Origin: an uncultured Gemmatimonadales bacterium
GTDB taxonomy: Bacteria; Gemmatimonadota; Gemmatimonadetes; Longimicrobiales; RSA9
Length of the DNA stretch: 64,000 nucleotides
Direction of reading: 5' to 3'
Assembly: GCA_963708135.1 (NCBI GenBank)
Contig: OY970192.1
Location: 2,912,001-2,976,000, forward strand
How positions within the stretch are numbered: the first letter of the stretch is position 1; every line of letters starts with the position of its first letter. The notes under the pieces were generated by a model that saw only the letters and a list, made by a program, of their open reading frames with translations, ran no database searches and was not told the origin of the DNA. The position numbers and the translations under genes are program-made. This document shows positions 1 through 10,515 of this stretch, piece by piece.

Positions 1-705
1 AGCGAGGACATGGTCCGCTTCGGCCGCGGGCTCCACGACGCCGACGGCAACAGCATCGACCAGCTCTTCCCGAACGCGCCGGCCGGCGCCATGTACGTCG
101 CCACCGACGGCTACCCGGTGCTCGATCCGACCAACCGCGTGCAGGGCGACCCCACACCGGACTGGCTCGGCAGCATCCGCAGCACGATCACGCTCTATCA
201 CAAGCTCACCGTCTCCGGCCTGCTCGACATCAAGCACGGCGGGCTCATGTGGAACGGCACGCGCGGCGCGCTCAGCTACTTCGGCGCCGCCGGCTGGACC
301 GTTCCCTACCATGGCGCGGGCGTGACGCAGACGTTCGGCCAGTTCATCGGCCAGCCGGCCGCGGGCCCGGGCGTGGACAAGCAGGTCGTCTTCGACCAGA
401 ACTGGTTCCAGAACAACGTGGGCAGCGGCTTCACCGGCGGCGACGCGCTCTACGTCGAGAACGCCGGCTTCGTGAAGCTGCGCGACATCTCCGTGACGTA
501 CACGCTGAACGGCGGCTTCCTGGGTCGGCTCGGGCTCACCAGCGTGGACCTGACCGCGAGCGGGCGCAACCTGAAGACCTGGACGAAGTACACCGGAATC
601 GACCCGGAGTCGAACCTCACGGGGCAGAGCATCGGCCGCGGGCTCGACTACTTCAACAACCCCCAGACGCGCTCGTTCATCTTCACGGTCGGCCTGAACC
701 GCTGA
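1..705 (+). CDS. susC: SusC/RagA-family TonB-dependent outer membrane transporter, C-terminal part (5' end outside window)
   Basis: GDPTPDW, YVENAGFVKLRDISVTY, GRNLKTWTKYTGIDPE and terminal PQTRSFIFTVGLNR are typical SusC C-terminal motifs; followed directly by a SusD-like gene. Confidence 0.9.
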   Translation, partial: SEDMVRFGRGLHDADGNSIDQLFPNAPAGAMYVATDGYPVLDPTNRVQGDPTPDWLGSIRSTITLYHKLTVSGLLDIKHGGLMWNGTRGALSYFGAAGWTVPYHGAGVTQTFGQFIGQPAAGPGVDKQVVFDQNWFQNNVGSGFTGGDALYVENAGFVKLRDISVTYTLNGGFLGRLGLTSVDLTASGRNLKTWTKYTGIDPESNLTGQSIGRGLDYFNNPQTRSFIFTVGLNR

Positions 706-719
706 ACGGCAAAGGAGCC

Positions 720-2126
720 ATGAACATGCATAGACTCTCGTGGAGCCGCGGCCTCCTGGCCGCCGCCCTCATCGCCCCGATGCTCTCGGCGTGCAACTAC
801 GTGGAGGCCACCGGGACGAACCCGAACGCCGTGCCGGACGCGAGCGTCAACCAGCTCTTCGTCTCGGCGCAGCTCAACACCTTCTTCATGACCGAGGGGC
901 AGCTCAGCCGGCTGCCCTCCATGTGGACCCAGCAGATGGCCGGCACAGACCGGCAGTTCACCGTCCTCGGCGAGTACATCTTCAGCGAGGGCGATGCGAA
1001 CGGCGAGTTCAGCTCCATGTACACGGGCGGCGGCCTCGTCGACCTGAAGACGGCCGAACAGGCGGCCGAGGGCGCCAACCGCAGCGCGTACGCGGGCATC
1101 CTCAAGATCCAGGAAGCCTACATGATCGGGATGGGCGCCAGCATCTGGGGCGACATTCCCTACTCGGAGGCCGCCGACCCCTCCATCGCCACGCCCAAGC
1201 TGGACAAGCAGGAGGACGTCTACGCCGCGCTCCAGACGCTGCTCGACGGCGCCATCACCGATCTCGCCGGCGGCGGCGCTGGACCGTCCACCGTGGACAT
1301 GAACTTCGGCGGCGACGCCGCCAAGTGGACGGCGGTGGCGCACACGCTGAAGGCCCGCCTCTACATGCACTGGGTCGAGGCGCAGAAGGCCGGCGTGGCG
1401 GCCGCCTCGACGGCGTGCGGCGGGGACTGCCTCCAGCAGGCGGCCTCGAACGCGCAGCAGGGCATCATGAGCGCGTCCGGGAACTGGATGACCGTCCACT
1501 CGCAGGCGCAGACGGAGGCGAACCTGTGGTACCAGTTCCAGAACGACCGCTCCGGCTACATCTCGGCCGGCGCGTACATGGTCAACCTGCTGAAGGACCG
1601 CGGCGATCCACGCCTCGCGATCTACTTCGGCAAGTCCACGAGCGGGGACTACGTGGGCGCCGACCCGGGGCAGGCCACGGGCGACGTTTCCACGCTCAGC
1701 ACGGACGGCGCCGGCGCCCCGGCCTATCAGGAGCCGATGGTCAGCTGCGCCGAGAACCAGTTCATCCTCGCGGAGGCCTCCTACGACAACGGCGACATGG
1801 GCACGGCGCGCTCGGCGCTCAAGGCCGGCATCGCCTGCCAGGAGGCGCACTTCGGGATCACCATCCCGGATGACAACGCGGACGCGCTCAGCGGCGCGGA
1901 CCTGCTCCAGGAGATCATGACGCAGAAGTACATCGCCCAGTTCCTGAACCCCGACGTCTGGAACGACTACAAGCGGACCTGCCTGCCAGCGGTCCAGAGC
2001 TACGGCGGCAAGACGATCCCCGGCCGCCTCTACTACGGCGAGACGGAGCGCCAGACCAATCCCAACATCCCGTCGGCGGACGCACAGCCGGCGCGGAACA
2101 CGAACGACCCGGCCTCCTGCCAGTAG
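720..2126 (+). CDS. susD: SusD/RagB-family nutrient-binding lipoprotein
   Basis: Start reassigned to ATG 720 after the AAAGGAG RBS; lipobox LSAC; WGDIPYSEA, KWTAVAHTLKARLY, IMTQKYIA..WNDYKRT motifs. Confidence 0.9.
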   Translation: MNMHRLSWSRGLLAAALIAPMLSACNYVEATGTNPNAVPDASVNQLFVSAQLNTFFMTEGQLSRLPSMWTQQMAGTDRQFTVLGEYIFSEGDANGEFSSMYTGGGLVDLKTAEQAAEGANRSAYAGILKIQEAYMIGMGASIWGDIPYSEAADPSIATPKLDKQEDVYAALQTLLDGAITDLAGGGAGPSTVDMNFGGDAAKWTAVAHTLKARLYMHWVEAQKAGVAAASTACGGDCLQQAASNAQQGIMSASGNWMTVHSQAQTEANLWYQFQNDRSGYISAGAYMVNLLKDRGDPRLAIYFGKSTSGDYVGADPGQATGDVSTLSTDGAGAPAYQEPMVSCAENQFILAEASYDNGDMGTARSALKAGIACQEAHFGITIPDDNADALSGADLLQEIMTQKYIAQFLNPDVWNDYKRTCLPAVQSYGGKTIPGRLYYGETERQTNPNIPSADAQPARNTNDPASCQ

Positions 2127-2134
2127 GACGCTGA

Positions 2135-2539
2135 ATGACGCACCGCTCCCTCCTGGAGCGGGCGGCCCGGGCCCCGGTCGCGCTGCTGCTGCTTCTGGCG
2201 GCATGCGCGCCCGGGGTCCACCGTCCGGGCGAGGCGGGCCGGATCGAGGTCGTCGTCGAGAACGACCTCGCGCCTCCCGCCGCCGTCCTCGTCCGCGTGC
2301 TGCTCGACACGGGCGACCGCGTGCTGCTCGGCGACGTGCCTCCTTCCCACTCGCGCGTGCTCCGCTTCTCCAACCCCGCGGGCCGCAGCGGCATGCGCCT
2401 GTTGGCGGAGGTCTCGGGCGGGCGCGACATTACCTCCGGTCCCTTCAGCGCGTATTCGGGCGACCGGGTCACCTGGGCGCTGACCACCAACCTGGTGCGC
2501 GTCGGAGAGCAGGAGATTCCCTCCGAGGACCGCCCGTGA
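2135..2539 (+). CDS. Hypothetical lipoprotein
   Basis: Lipobox LLAAC after a hydrophobic stretch; beta-rich mature part; co-oriented with susD. Confidence 0.65.
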   Translation: MTHRSLLERAARAPVALLLLLAACAPGVHRPGEAGRIEVVVENDLAPPAAVLVRVLLDTGDRVLLGDVPPSHSRVLRFSNPAGRSGMRLLAEVSGGRDITSGPFSAYSGDRVTWALTTNLVRVGEQEIPSEDRP

Positions 2540-2561
2540 CCGATCTCGTGGAGCCGATGCC

Positions 2562-3035
2562 GTGAGCCGCCGTACCCCCGATCTCGCGAGCCTGGGCCGC
2601 GCCGTGGCCGCGCTGCTGCTCTGCACCACGGTCCTCGCCGGGTGCTTCGCCTACGCGCCGCTCGGCCAGGCGACGCCCGCCCGCGCCGCATCGCTCCGCG
2701 TGACCCTCGACACCGCCACCGACGTCCGCCTCACCCACCTTACGGCCAACGACGCGCGCGATGTCTACGGCGAGCTGGTCCGCATGGACGACAGCACTCT
2801 CGTGCTCTCCGCCACGCGCGTCGTCTCCGCCTCCGGCTTCGAGCAATCGGGCGAGGACGCCACGGTCACGCTGCCGCGCGCCAACGTGGCCGGCGTCGAG
2901 GTGAAGAAGCTCTCGCCGGCCCGCTCGGCGCTGTTCGCCGCCGGCCTCCTCGCGCTCGCCGTCACCGCCCGCCTCGCGCTCAGCGCCGCCGGTGGGCACG
3001 GCAGCGACGTCGGCACCGGCGGACCGGCAAAGTAG
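2562..3035 (+). CDS. Hypothetical lipoprotein/membrane protein
   Basis: Lipobox LAGC and a C-terminal hydrophobic helix. Confidence 0.65.
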   Translation: MSRRTPDLASLGRAVAALLLCTTVLAGCFAYAPLGQATPARAASLRVTLDTATDVRLTHLTANDARDVYGELVRMDDSTLVLSATRVVSASGFEQSGEDATVTLPRANVAGVEVKKLSPARSALFAAGLLALAVTARLALSAAGGHGSDVGTGGPAK

Positions 3036-3173
3036 CGGCGCAGCGGCGGCGACCTCCGGGCGGGAGCTCCTCGGACTGGCGAGAGACGATCTGGCCGACC
3101 GGCAGGGACATCATGGGGGTCGGGCACACCTACGGCTGGATCGGGGGCCGGACGGGGTGACGACGGTGGGAGG

Positions 3174-3413
3174 CTAGCGGGCCTTCTCGCGCAGCCCGCG
3201 GGCCTGCTCGTAGCCCACGGCCACCATCTGGCTCCACCAGTCCGGCAGGTTGTGCTTGTCACGCAGGTAGGTGGAGAGGGCGCCGTGGCCGAGGCCCGTG
3301 CCGCCGACGCGGTCCAGCGTCGTGAACCACTCGTCCCACCCCTTGCCGGTCTTCAGTCGCACGGATGAATCGCGGATCCCGGCGAACTTCGTGTCCGTGG
3401 CTCCTGTGTCCAT
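3174..3413 (-). CDS. Small DUF4287-like protein
   Basis: KTGKGWDEWF...HGALSTYLRDKH..PDWWSQMVAVGYE pattern; AGGAGG RBS upstream on the minus strand. Confidence 0.7.
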   Translation of the reverse strand: MDTGATDTKFAGIRDSSVRLKTGKGWDEWFTTLDRVGGTGLGHGALSTYLRDKHNLPDWWSQMVAVGYEQARGLREKAR

Positions 3414-3493
3414 CTGCGGCCTCCTGCATGCGGGGTGGAGCGCGGCCGCTCAAGATGGCAGGCCCGCGAGGGGCGGGCAAGCCGGCGCGGCGC

Positions 3494-5296
3494 TCACTCC
3501 GCGCCGGCGTCCCCGCGCGGCAGGTGCAGCGTGAAGGTGCTGCCGGCGCCTGGCTCGCTCTCGACCCCAATGTCGCCGCCCAGCAGGCGGGCGAGGCGGC
3601 GGCAGATGGCCAGGCCCAGCCCCGTGCCGCCCCGCTTCCTCCGGCTCGATCCATCCACCTGCACGAAGGGCTTGAAGATGTCCTCCAGCCGCGCGGCCGG
3701 AATGCCGACGCCGGTGTCGTGCACGCGCACCTCGAGCCATTCGGGCCGCGCGGCGAGCGTGAGATCGATGCCGCCCCGGTCGGTGTAGCGGACCGCGTTC
3801 CCCAACAGGTTCACCAGGATCTGGCGCAGCTTGCCCTCGTCCGTAATGGCCGGGAGCGGCGCCTCCGCCCCGCCCAGCCGGAGCGCCAGCCCGCGCGTCT
3901 CCGCCTCCGGCAGGAGCATCTCGACGACGCTGCGGGCCACAGCCGCCACATCGACACTGGCGAGCCGCGGCTCCTCCTTGCCGGCCTCCGAGCGCGTGAA
4001 CGTGAGGATCTCATCGATGATGGCCACGAGGTGCCAGGCGCTCGCGGAAATGCGGTCCAGGTGCTTTCTCTGCTTCTCCGTGACCGACCCGACGACCTCC
4101 CGCCGCAGCAGGTCGGCCAGCCCGATGACCGCGGTGAGCGGCGTGCGCAGCTCGTGGCTGATCGTGGAGAGGAACTGGCTCTTGGCGCGGCTCGCCCGCT
4201 CCGCTTCCTCCTTGGCCTCGCGGAGCGCGTCCTCGTGCCGGGCGCGCCCGATCAGCTCGGCCGCCAGCCGGAGATAGAGGTCGGTGAGGCGCAGGTCCCG
4301 CTCCGAGGGCCGGTGCGGTTCCCGGAAATGGGTGGACAGCATGCCGATCGGCGCGCCGTCGCGATCGATGATCGGCGTGGACTGCACCGCCCGGTAGCCT
4401 TCACCCCTGGCGACGTCCAGGTGCGGCGCGTACTCCGGGTCAAGCTCGATATCCTCGATGACGGTGCGCACGCGGGCGCGCAGGGCCCGCCCACAGGCGG
4501 ACGTCTCCGCGACGTCCACGACCCGGAAATGCTCGAGAAAGCGCGGGGAGAAGCCGCGCTGGACGGCGATCCTCAGCGAGTCGGTGTCCCGGTCGTAGAG
4601 CTGGATGTTGCCGAACGCGGCGCCCTGCAGCGCGATCGTCGCCTCGAGGATCTGCTCCAGCACGGCCGGCAGCTCGCCCGCCTCCACGAGGCGGGTGCTC
4701 AGCGCGTGCAGCCGCTCCGTCGCGGCGAGGTCGGAGGCGAGCCGCTCCGCGAGCGCGTCGCGGCTCAGCTCCATCCGCCGCTGCGCGGTGACATCGTTGA
4801 ACAGGATGCCGACCCGGTGCTCGTCCGGCTCGCCCACGCGGAACGCGTACACCGTGTACCACCGCCCCAGCGCAGCCGCCGGCCTGTCGAAGCGTAGCGA
4901 CTCGCCGGTCCTGGCGACCCTGCCGTAGATCTCGAACCAGTGCTCCTCGTGGTCCGGCCGGAGCGAGCGCATGGTCCGGCCGATGGCGTTCGCGAGGCCC
5001 GTCTGCGCGGCGAACGACGCGTTTACCTCGAGGAACCGGTAGTCCACGGGGCGCCCGTCATCGTCGAAGATCACACGCACGATGCAGAAGCCCTCGTCGA
5101 TGGAATCGAAGAGGGCGCGGTAGCGGTCCTCGCTCGCGCGCAACTCCGTCTCGAGCCGTTCACGAAGCGCCTCACGCTCGGCCTCCACCTCGCGCAGACG
5201 CGCCTCGGTGGCCTCGGTCGGGTGATGCGTCTGCCGCGGATCGGGGAGGGGGCCGGCGGCGGCGGGGTTGCCCTGTTGCGGGACCAAGCTGGACAT
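3494..5296 (-). CDS. Cytoplasmic PAS-GAF sensor histidine kinase
   Basis: PAS (YRALFDSIDEGFC), GAF (AVQSTPII), H-box SHELRTPL, N-box NLLGNAVRYT, G-boxes DTGVGI and GTGLGLAI. Confidence 0.92.
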   Translation of the reverse strand: MSSLVPQQGNPAAAGPLPDPRQTHHPTEATEARLREVEAEREALRERLETELRASEDRYRALFDSIDEGFCIVRVIFDDDGRPVDYRFLEVNASFAAQTGLANAIGRTMRSLRPDHEEHWFEIYGRVARTGESLRFDRPAAALGRWYTVYAFRVGEPDEHRVGILFNDVTAQRRMELSRDALAERLASDLAATERLHALSTRLVEAGELPAVLEQILEATIALQGAAFGNIQLYDRDTDSLRIAVQRGFSPRFLEHFRVVDVAETSACGRALRARVRTVIEDIELDPEYAPHLDVARGEGYRAVQSTPIIDRDGAPIGMLSTHFREPHRPSERDLRLTDLYLRLAAELIGRARHEDALREAKEEAERASRAKSQFLSTISHELRTPLTAVIGLADLLRREVVGSVTEKQRKHLDRISASAWHLVAIIDEILTFTRSEAGKEEPRLASVDVAAVARSVVEMLLPEAETRGLALRLGGAEAPLPAITDEGKLRQILVNLLGNAVRYTDRGGIDLTLAARPEWLEVRVHDTGVGIPAARLEDIFKPFVQVDGSSRRKRGGTGLGLAICRRLARLLGGDIGVESEPGAGSTFTLHLPRGDAGAE

Positions 5297-5461
5297 GGCC
5301 GCACCGGCGAACGAGTCGTGGAAACAGTCTGAACGCTAGCACCCGGCAGCGCGGCTGGCAAGGACGGGGCCGACGCACGCGGCCGGCGAGGCGGCGGGCT
5401 GGAGCGGAAGGAGCGGAAGGAGCGGCCGGCGGCCGGCGGCCGCTGGCCCGGACCCGCCGCG

Positions 5462-5791
5462 TCAGCCGCCGGGCTCCGCGCCCGGTCCACTGGTGCGGCC
5501 GGTACGCTCGCTCTCCCGGATCCTGAACACCGGGGCCTGCAGCGCGCGGCCCGGCTCCCTGAGGCGGGGCGCGGAGGCGTCGAACTGGCTGCGCAGCAGC
5601 TCGAAGACGCGCAGCCTGCCGTTCGCGTCCTCGATCCACTCCACCCGCCCGCGCACGAGCACGCTCGACCAGCGCTCCGCCCGCGCCCCGTCAACCTCCG
5701 TCACGGTGAGGCAGACCTCCGGCCGCTCGCGCATCGCGCGCGCCCGACCCCTACCCGTCATGCCGATCCCTCCCGCTGTTGCCGTGCCCAT
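5462..5791 (-). pseudogene. Pyridoxamine 5'-phosphate oxidase-like (flavin-binding split barrel) fragment, N-terminal half apparently missing
   Basis: AMRERPEVCLTV..WSSVLVRGRVEWI..VFRI...TGR matches the C-terminal half of the family; upstream in-frame sequence is not family-like. Confidence 0.5.
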
Positions 5792-5853
5792 CGGATCCCG
5801 CAGCCCGCACCACGCCTCACGAGCCCCGAGCCCCCGAACCCCGAGCCCGGGCC

Positions 5854-6936
5854 TCACTCACCGGCCAGCGAGCGCGCGCCCCCGGCGTGAAAGACCGCCA
5901 CGTTCGGCGCGCCGTCCACGTGCAGCGTCGCCATGGCACCCTTGAAGAAGGCGCGGAAGATGGAGTGATCGAGCAGCGTGTAGTCGCCCGGCACCTCGGT
6001 GCGCAGCTCGACCGTGGCCGCGCCGCCGGCCGGGATCAGGACGGTCTGCATGTTGTGCTGGGCCGGCGAGTCGTAGCCCTCGTAGACGTTGTCCATGTGC
6101 TCGCCGATGATGTGGAAGGAGCTGACCAGGTTCGGGCCGCCGTTGCCGACGAACAGCCGCACGGTCTGGCCTTCCTGCGCCTTCAGCGCATGGGCACCCA
6201 TGAGCGAGCCGACGGCGCCGTTGAAGACCACGTAGGTCGGCCGCTCGTCCAGCGCCTTCTGCATGTCGAACTGCTGCAGCCCCGGCGCGCCGAACGCACC
6301 CTTCGTGTACATGTCGCCCTGCATGACGTAGTACTCGTGGTCCACCGGCTCCATCCCGTCGTTCGGCTGGACCAGGATCATGCCGTACATGCCGTTGGCG
6401 ATGTGCACCGGCGCCGGCGTCATGGCGCAGTGGTAGACGAAGAGCCCCGGGTGCAGCGCCCGGAACGTGAGGACGGTCTCCTGCCCCGGAGGCGTCATCG
6501 TCGCGTGCGCGCCACCGCCCGGCCCGGTCACGGCGTGCAGGTCAATGTTGTGCGGCATGGCGTTCGTGGCCGCGTTGCGCAGGTGCAGCTCGACCAGGTC
6601 GCCCTCGCGGACCCGGATCATCTTGCCCGGCACCGTCCCGCCGAAGGTCCAGAAATCGTACGTCACGCCGTCCGCGAGCCGCATCTTCTTCTCGATCACG
6701 TCCAGCTTCACCACGACGCGCGTCGCGTAGTCGCGCGTGATCGGCGCCGGCACGCTGGGGGGGTCCACCAGCCGCGCGACCTCCACACCCTTCACCGCCG
6801 GCAGCTCCACCGTCGGGATCCGCGCCGTGGTCCAGCTCGGGCCACCCCGCATCGTGAACGCGAGACCCGCCGCCGCCGCGGCCGTGAACACCGCCGCCAG
6901 CGCCCAGCTCGTCCGCTTCGCAGTCTGTTGCGTCAT
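5854..6936 (-). CDS. nirK: Copper-containing nitrite reductase (no C-terminal cytochrome c fusion)
   Basis: Export signal; [24 protein letters not shown] and LLDHS supply the type-1/type-2 Cu ligands and catalytic Asp/His. Confidence 0.95.
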   Translation of the reverse strand: MTQQTAKRTSWALAAVFTAAAAAGLAFTMRGGPSWTTARIPTVELPAVKGVEVARLVDPPSVPAPITRDYATRVVVKLDVIEKKMRLADGVTYDFWTFGGTVPGKMIRVREGDLVELHLRNAATNAMPHNIDLHAVTGPGGGAHATMTPPGQETVLTFRALHPGLFVYHCAMTPAPVHIANGMYGMILVQPNDGMEPVDHEYYVMQGDMYTKGAFGAPGLQQFDMQKALDERPTYVVFNGAVGSLMGAHALKAQEGQTVRLFVGNGGPNLVSSFHIIGEHMDNVYEGYDSPAQHNMQTVLIPAGGAATVELRTEVPGDYTLLDHSIFRAFFKGAMATLHVDGAPNVAVFHAGGARSLAGE

Positions 6937-7005
6937 GTCCTCCGTCCCTTCTCTCGAGGCGACGACGCCGCCGCCCGGTTCACTTCGCTCCGCCGCGTCC
7001 GGCGC

Positions 7006-7422
7006 TCACGCCTCCACGCCCGCGGCCTCGCCGATCAGGTCGGCCAGCGTCGTGCGCCGCAGCGCCGCGCCGGTCTCGTTGGTGATCGCGCGCCAACGCG
7101 CATGCGCGGCGCACGGGTCCTCGCTCGTGCACGGGCGGCCGCCGAGCAGGCAGATCGGCGCCGCGACCGGCGCGTCGAACGCCTCCACGACCTCCGCCAC
7201 CGTCAGCGCCTCGGGCGCCACGGCCAGCCGGAATCCGCCCGTCGGCCCGCGCGTGCCCACCACCACGCCGTGCTTGGCGAGCTGGTGCAGCGTCTTGGCC
7301 AGATAGTTGGCCGGCGCGCCGAGCGCCTCGGCCACGCGCGCGGCCGGCACCGGCTGGGTGGCCGGCTGGCGGGCCAGGAAGAGCACGGCGCGCAGCGCGT
7401 GCTCCGCGGTCTGTGAGATCAT
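7006..7422 (-). CDS. Rrf2-family Fe-S transcriptional regulator
   Basis: SQTAEHALRA, YLAKTLHQL, RGPTGGFRLA and C-X6-C-X5-C-X2-H; immediately upstream of nirK. Confidence 0.92.
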   Translation of the reverse strand: MISQTAEHALRAVLFLARQPATQPVPAARVAEALGAPANYLAKTLHQLAKHGVVVGTRGPTGGFRLAVAPEALTVAEVVEAFDAPVAAPICLLGGRPCTSEDPCAAHARWRAITNETGAALRRTTLADLIGEAAGVEA

Positions 7423-7530
7423 GCGACCTCCCGTTCAGGCGATTTCCTCATGCCGACATGATAAAGCCTCGCCGGGCCGGGCGGTGTCCGCCATCGGATG
7501 AAATTCGTGTGGGGGTTCGGCCTACATGCG

Positions 7531-7836
7531 GAGAGTGGGGGAGTGGGGGACCCCCGGCCGGCTTCTTCTTGCCCGGCAGGATGCCTGGCCTCGCGAGCTG
7601 CGCCGCGCCGCGAGGGGCCCAGGGCGCGATGGCGCGGACGGCGCGTGGGCGGGCCGGCCGGATGCCGGGCCTCGCGAACCGCCCGGCGCCGGGAGGAGCC
7701 CGACGCGACCGCGATGATGCGGGCGTCGCGCGGAGGATGCGGACGGCGCCCCGCGTCGCCGGCGCGGGGTGCGAGGCACCGCACCCGAGTCCCCCGCAAT
7801 CGTCGCCCGGTCTCCCACTCCCCCACTCTCCCACTC
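7531..7836. repeat. Intergenic cassette with G-tract left arm and complementary C-tract right arm (copy 1)
   Basis: GAGAGTGGGGGAGTGGGGG at 7531 and CTCCCACTCCCCCACTCTCCCACTC at about 7812-7836. Confidence 0.75.
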
Positions 7837-7873
7837 GGGAACGCGCGGGGTGCGAGGCCGGCCACCCGGGGAT

Positions 7874-10306
7874 CTACTCGCCGCGCATCATCTCGACGGG
7901 TTCGATGCGGGAGCTCCGGAGCGCGGGCACGAGGCTGGCCAGCCAGCCGGCTGCGGCGAGGACCACGAGCACGGCAAGGAAGGTGAGCGGGTCGGTGGGC
8001 GCGACTGCGAACAGCAGCCCGGCCAGCGCGCGGGTGAGTCCGATGGCGGCGAGGCTGCCGACGACGGCGCCGGCGGCGCCGGCGGCGAGGTACTCGCGCT
8101 GGAGCATGTGGCGCACGGCGCGGGGCTCGGCGCCGAGGGCGAGGCGGATGCCGATCTCGCGACGGCGGCGCTCGACGGCGTAGCCCACGACGCCGTAGAC
8201 GCCGATGCCGGCCAGCACCAGGGCGAGGGCGGCGAAGCCGGAGATCACGAGCATGATGAAGCGGCGGGCCGCGAGCGCGCCGGAGAGGCGGGCGCGCATC
8301 GTCTGGAGGCGGACGGGCACGTCGGCGTCCACGTCGCGGACGGCCGCGCGCACGGCGGGGCCGAGCGCGGCGGGCGGTCCCGCGGCGGGGCGCAGCACGG
8401 CGGTCATGGTCCAGGAGCGGAAGGGGCGTTGCCGGTACGGGAAGTAGAAGATCGGCTGCGGCGGCGCGGTGAGGTCGGCCTGGCGCACGTCGCCTACCTC
8501 ACCAACGACGGTGGCCCACTTCTCCTTGTCCCACCAGTTGTCCATGCCGCCGGCCGTGATGCGCTTGCCGATGGGATTCTCGCCCGGCCAGGCCAGCGCG
8601 GCGAAGGCGTGGCTGACGAGCACGACGTGGTCGCCGCCGGGGGCGTCGGCGGGCTGAAACAGGCGGCCGCGCAGGAGCGGGATGTCGAGCGCGCGGAAGT
8701 AGCCCGCGTCGGCCAGCTGGTAGTATCCGCTCGCGTTCGGCCGAGGGCCGCCGGCCACCTGCACGAGCCCCTGGCTGCTCGCGCCCTCCATCGGCGCGGC
8801 CGTGACGAGCCCCGCCGCGGCCACGCCGGGCAGCGCGCGCAGCCGCTCGGCAACGGCCTCGTAGTAGACGCGCCGGGCGTCGGCGTCCCCGTACTTCGAG
8901 GCGGGCGGATCGAGCGTGGCGGTGAGCACGCCCTCGGTGCGGAACCCGGGCCGCACCTCGAGCACGGAGCGGAAGCTCCGCAGCAGCAGGCCGGAGCCGA
9001 CGAGCAGCACGAGCGCAAGCGCCATCTCCACGGCGACGAGGCCCTTCCAGATCCTCTGCCGGCGGGGCTCGTCGCCGCCGCGGCCGCCGCTGCGCAGCGT
9101 GCGGATGGCGTTGCCCGAGACGCGCAGTCCCGGCAGCAGCCCGGCCAGCGAGGTGGCGAGGAGCGCGAGCGCGAAGGTGAACGCCACGGCGCGTCCGTCG
9201 AGCCGCACCTCCGCGAGCCGGGGCAGGCCGGCGGGCGCGAGCGCGGGCAGCACGCGCAGCAGGCCGAAGGCCAGCGCCAGCCCGAGCAGGCCGCCGGCGA
9301 GCGCGAGCACCAGCACCTCCGTCACGACGACGCGGACCATGCGTCCGCGGCCGGCCCCGAGCGCGTGGCGGATGGCGTACTCGTGCTCGCGCCCCGTGCC
9401 GCGCGCCAGCGTGGTGCTGGCCAGGTTGGTGCACGCCACGAGCAGTACGAGCAGCGACGCGCCCAGCAGGATCCAGAGCGGCCGCCGCATGTCGCCGACC
9501 AGCGCCTCGCGGAGCGGCCGCACGGCCACCGCGCGCGGGAAGTAGTCCGCGGCGCCGGGGTCCGCGAGCTCGCCCGGGTCCTCCGTCGCGAAGCGGCGCG
9601 TGATGGCATCGAGCTCCTGCTTCGCCTGCGCCGCCGTGGCGCCTGCGGCGAGGCGGCCGACCGCGATGAAGTTGTGCGAGGTGCGCGAGTCGCCCAGCTC
9701 CTCGAGCTCGAGCGGCGCCCAGACCTCCGCGCCGTGCGGATAGTCGAAGCCCGGCGGCATCACGCCCACCACGCGCATCCGGAAGCCGCCCACGTCCAGC
9801 CGGACGGCCGAGAGGTCGCGCGCGGCGCCGAGCTCGGTGCGCCAGAACGCGTCGCTCACCAGGGCCACCGGATCCGCGCCGAAGCGGTGGTCCTCGGGCA
9901 CGAAGCCGCGGCCGAGCGCCGGACGCACCGCCAGCGTGCGCAGGAAGCCGTCGCTCACCTCCGTCATCGACGCGCGCAGCGGCTGCCCCAGCCCGAGCAG
10001 CGTGGTCTCCGCCGGCCGGGTATGGGCAAAGACAGACTCCAGCCGCGTGGCGTCCCGCCGCCAGTCCTCGAAGTTGTGCCACGCCACCTGCATCGACCGC
10101 CCCTTGCCGCTCATCTCCCGCAGCTCGACCAGCCGATCCGACGCCGGCAGCTGGAGCGGCGCGATCAGCACGTGGTCGACGATGCTGAACACCGCGGCGT
10201 TCGCCCCGATGCCGAGCACCAGCGTGAGCAGCGCCACGATCGTGTACGCGGGGCTCCGGCGCAGCGCGCGCACGGCGTGGCGGAGATCCGGGAACCGCAC
10301 GAGCAT
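7874..10306 (-). CDS. Duplicated orphan ABC permease (MacB-PCD/FtsX x2, ADOP type)
   Basis: DLRHAVRALRRSP..LTLVLGIGANAAVFS start, LLVACTNLA, RRREIGIRLALGA, IEPVEMMRGE end; no ATPase gene adjacent; start reassigned to 10306. Confidence 0.9.
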   Translation of the reverse strand: MLVRFPDLRHAVRALRRSPAYTIVALLTLVLGIGANAAVFSIVDHVLIAPLQLPASDRLVELREMSGKGRSMQVAWHNFEDWRRDATRLESVFAHTRPAETTLLGLGQPLRASMTEVSDGFLRTLAVRPALGRGFVPEDHRFGADPVALVSDAFWRTELGAARDLSAVRLDVGGFRMRVVGVMPPGFDYPHGAEVWAPLELEELGDSRTSHNFIAVGRLAAGATAAQAKQELDAITRRFATEDPGELADPGAADYFPRAVAVRPLREALVGDMRRPLWILLGASLLVLLVACTNLASTTLARGTGREHEYAIRHALGAGRGRMVRVVVTEVLVLALAGGLLGLALAFGLLRVLPALAPAGLPRLAEVRLDGRAVAFTFALALLATSLAGLLPGLRVSGNAIRTLRSGGRGGDEPRRQRIWKGLVAVEMALALVLLVGSGLLLRSFRSVLEVRPGFRTEGVLTATLDPPASKYGDADARRVYYEAVAERLRALPGVAAAGLVTAAPMEGASSQGLVQVAGGPRPNASGYYQLADAGYFRALDIPLLRGRLFQPADAPGGDHVVLVSHAFAALAWPGENPIGKRITAGGMDNWWDKEKWATVVGEVGDVRQADLTAPPQPIFYFPYRQRPFRSWTMTAVLRPAAGPPAALGPAVRAAVRDVDADVPVRLQTMRARLSGALAARRFIMLVISGFAALALVLAGIGVYGVVGYAVERRRREIGIRLALGAEPRAVRHMLQREYLAAGAAGAVVGSLAAIGLTRALAGLLFAVAPTDPLTFLAVLVVLAAAGWLASLVPALRSSRIEPVEMMRGE

Positions 10307-10515
10307 TTCTCGCCCCTCCCTTTCCTCTCCTCGCGGACATTGGTCGGAATTCGGCGCGCACCGGTTCCTCAGGGCTTGGATGCTACCCCCCCACACCAGG
10401 GTTGGAAAGCCGGGACGTTTTCAAGGCGGCAACTGCTCGAGGCGGCACGAGCAGGACGCTCCAAAGGATGGCGGGGCCGCGATCGGGCGGCCATCCCACT
10501 AGCGTCAAATGCCGG

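Noticed and set aside
7006..7422. Naming the regulator nsrR
   Set aside because: Position fits but the Cys3His spacing is IscR-like; cannot be assigned without phylogeny.
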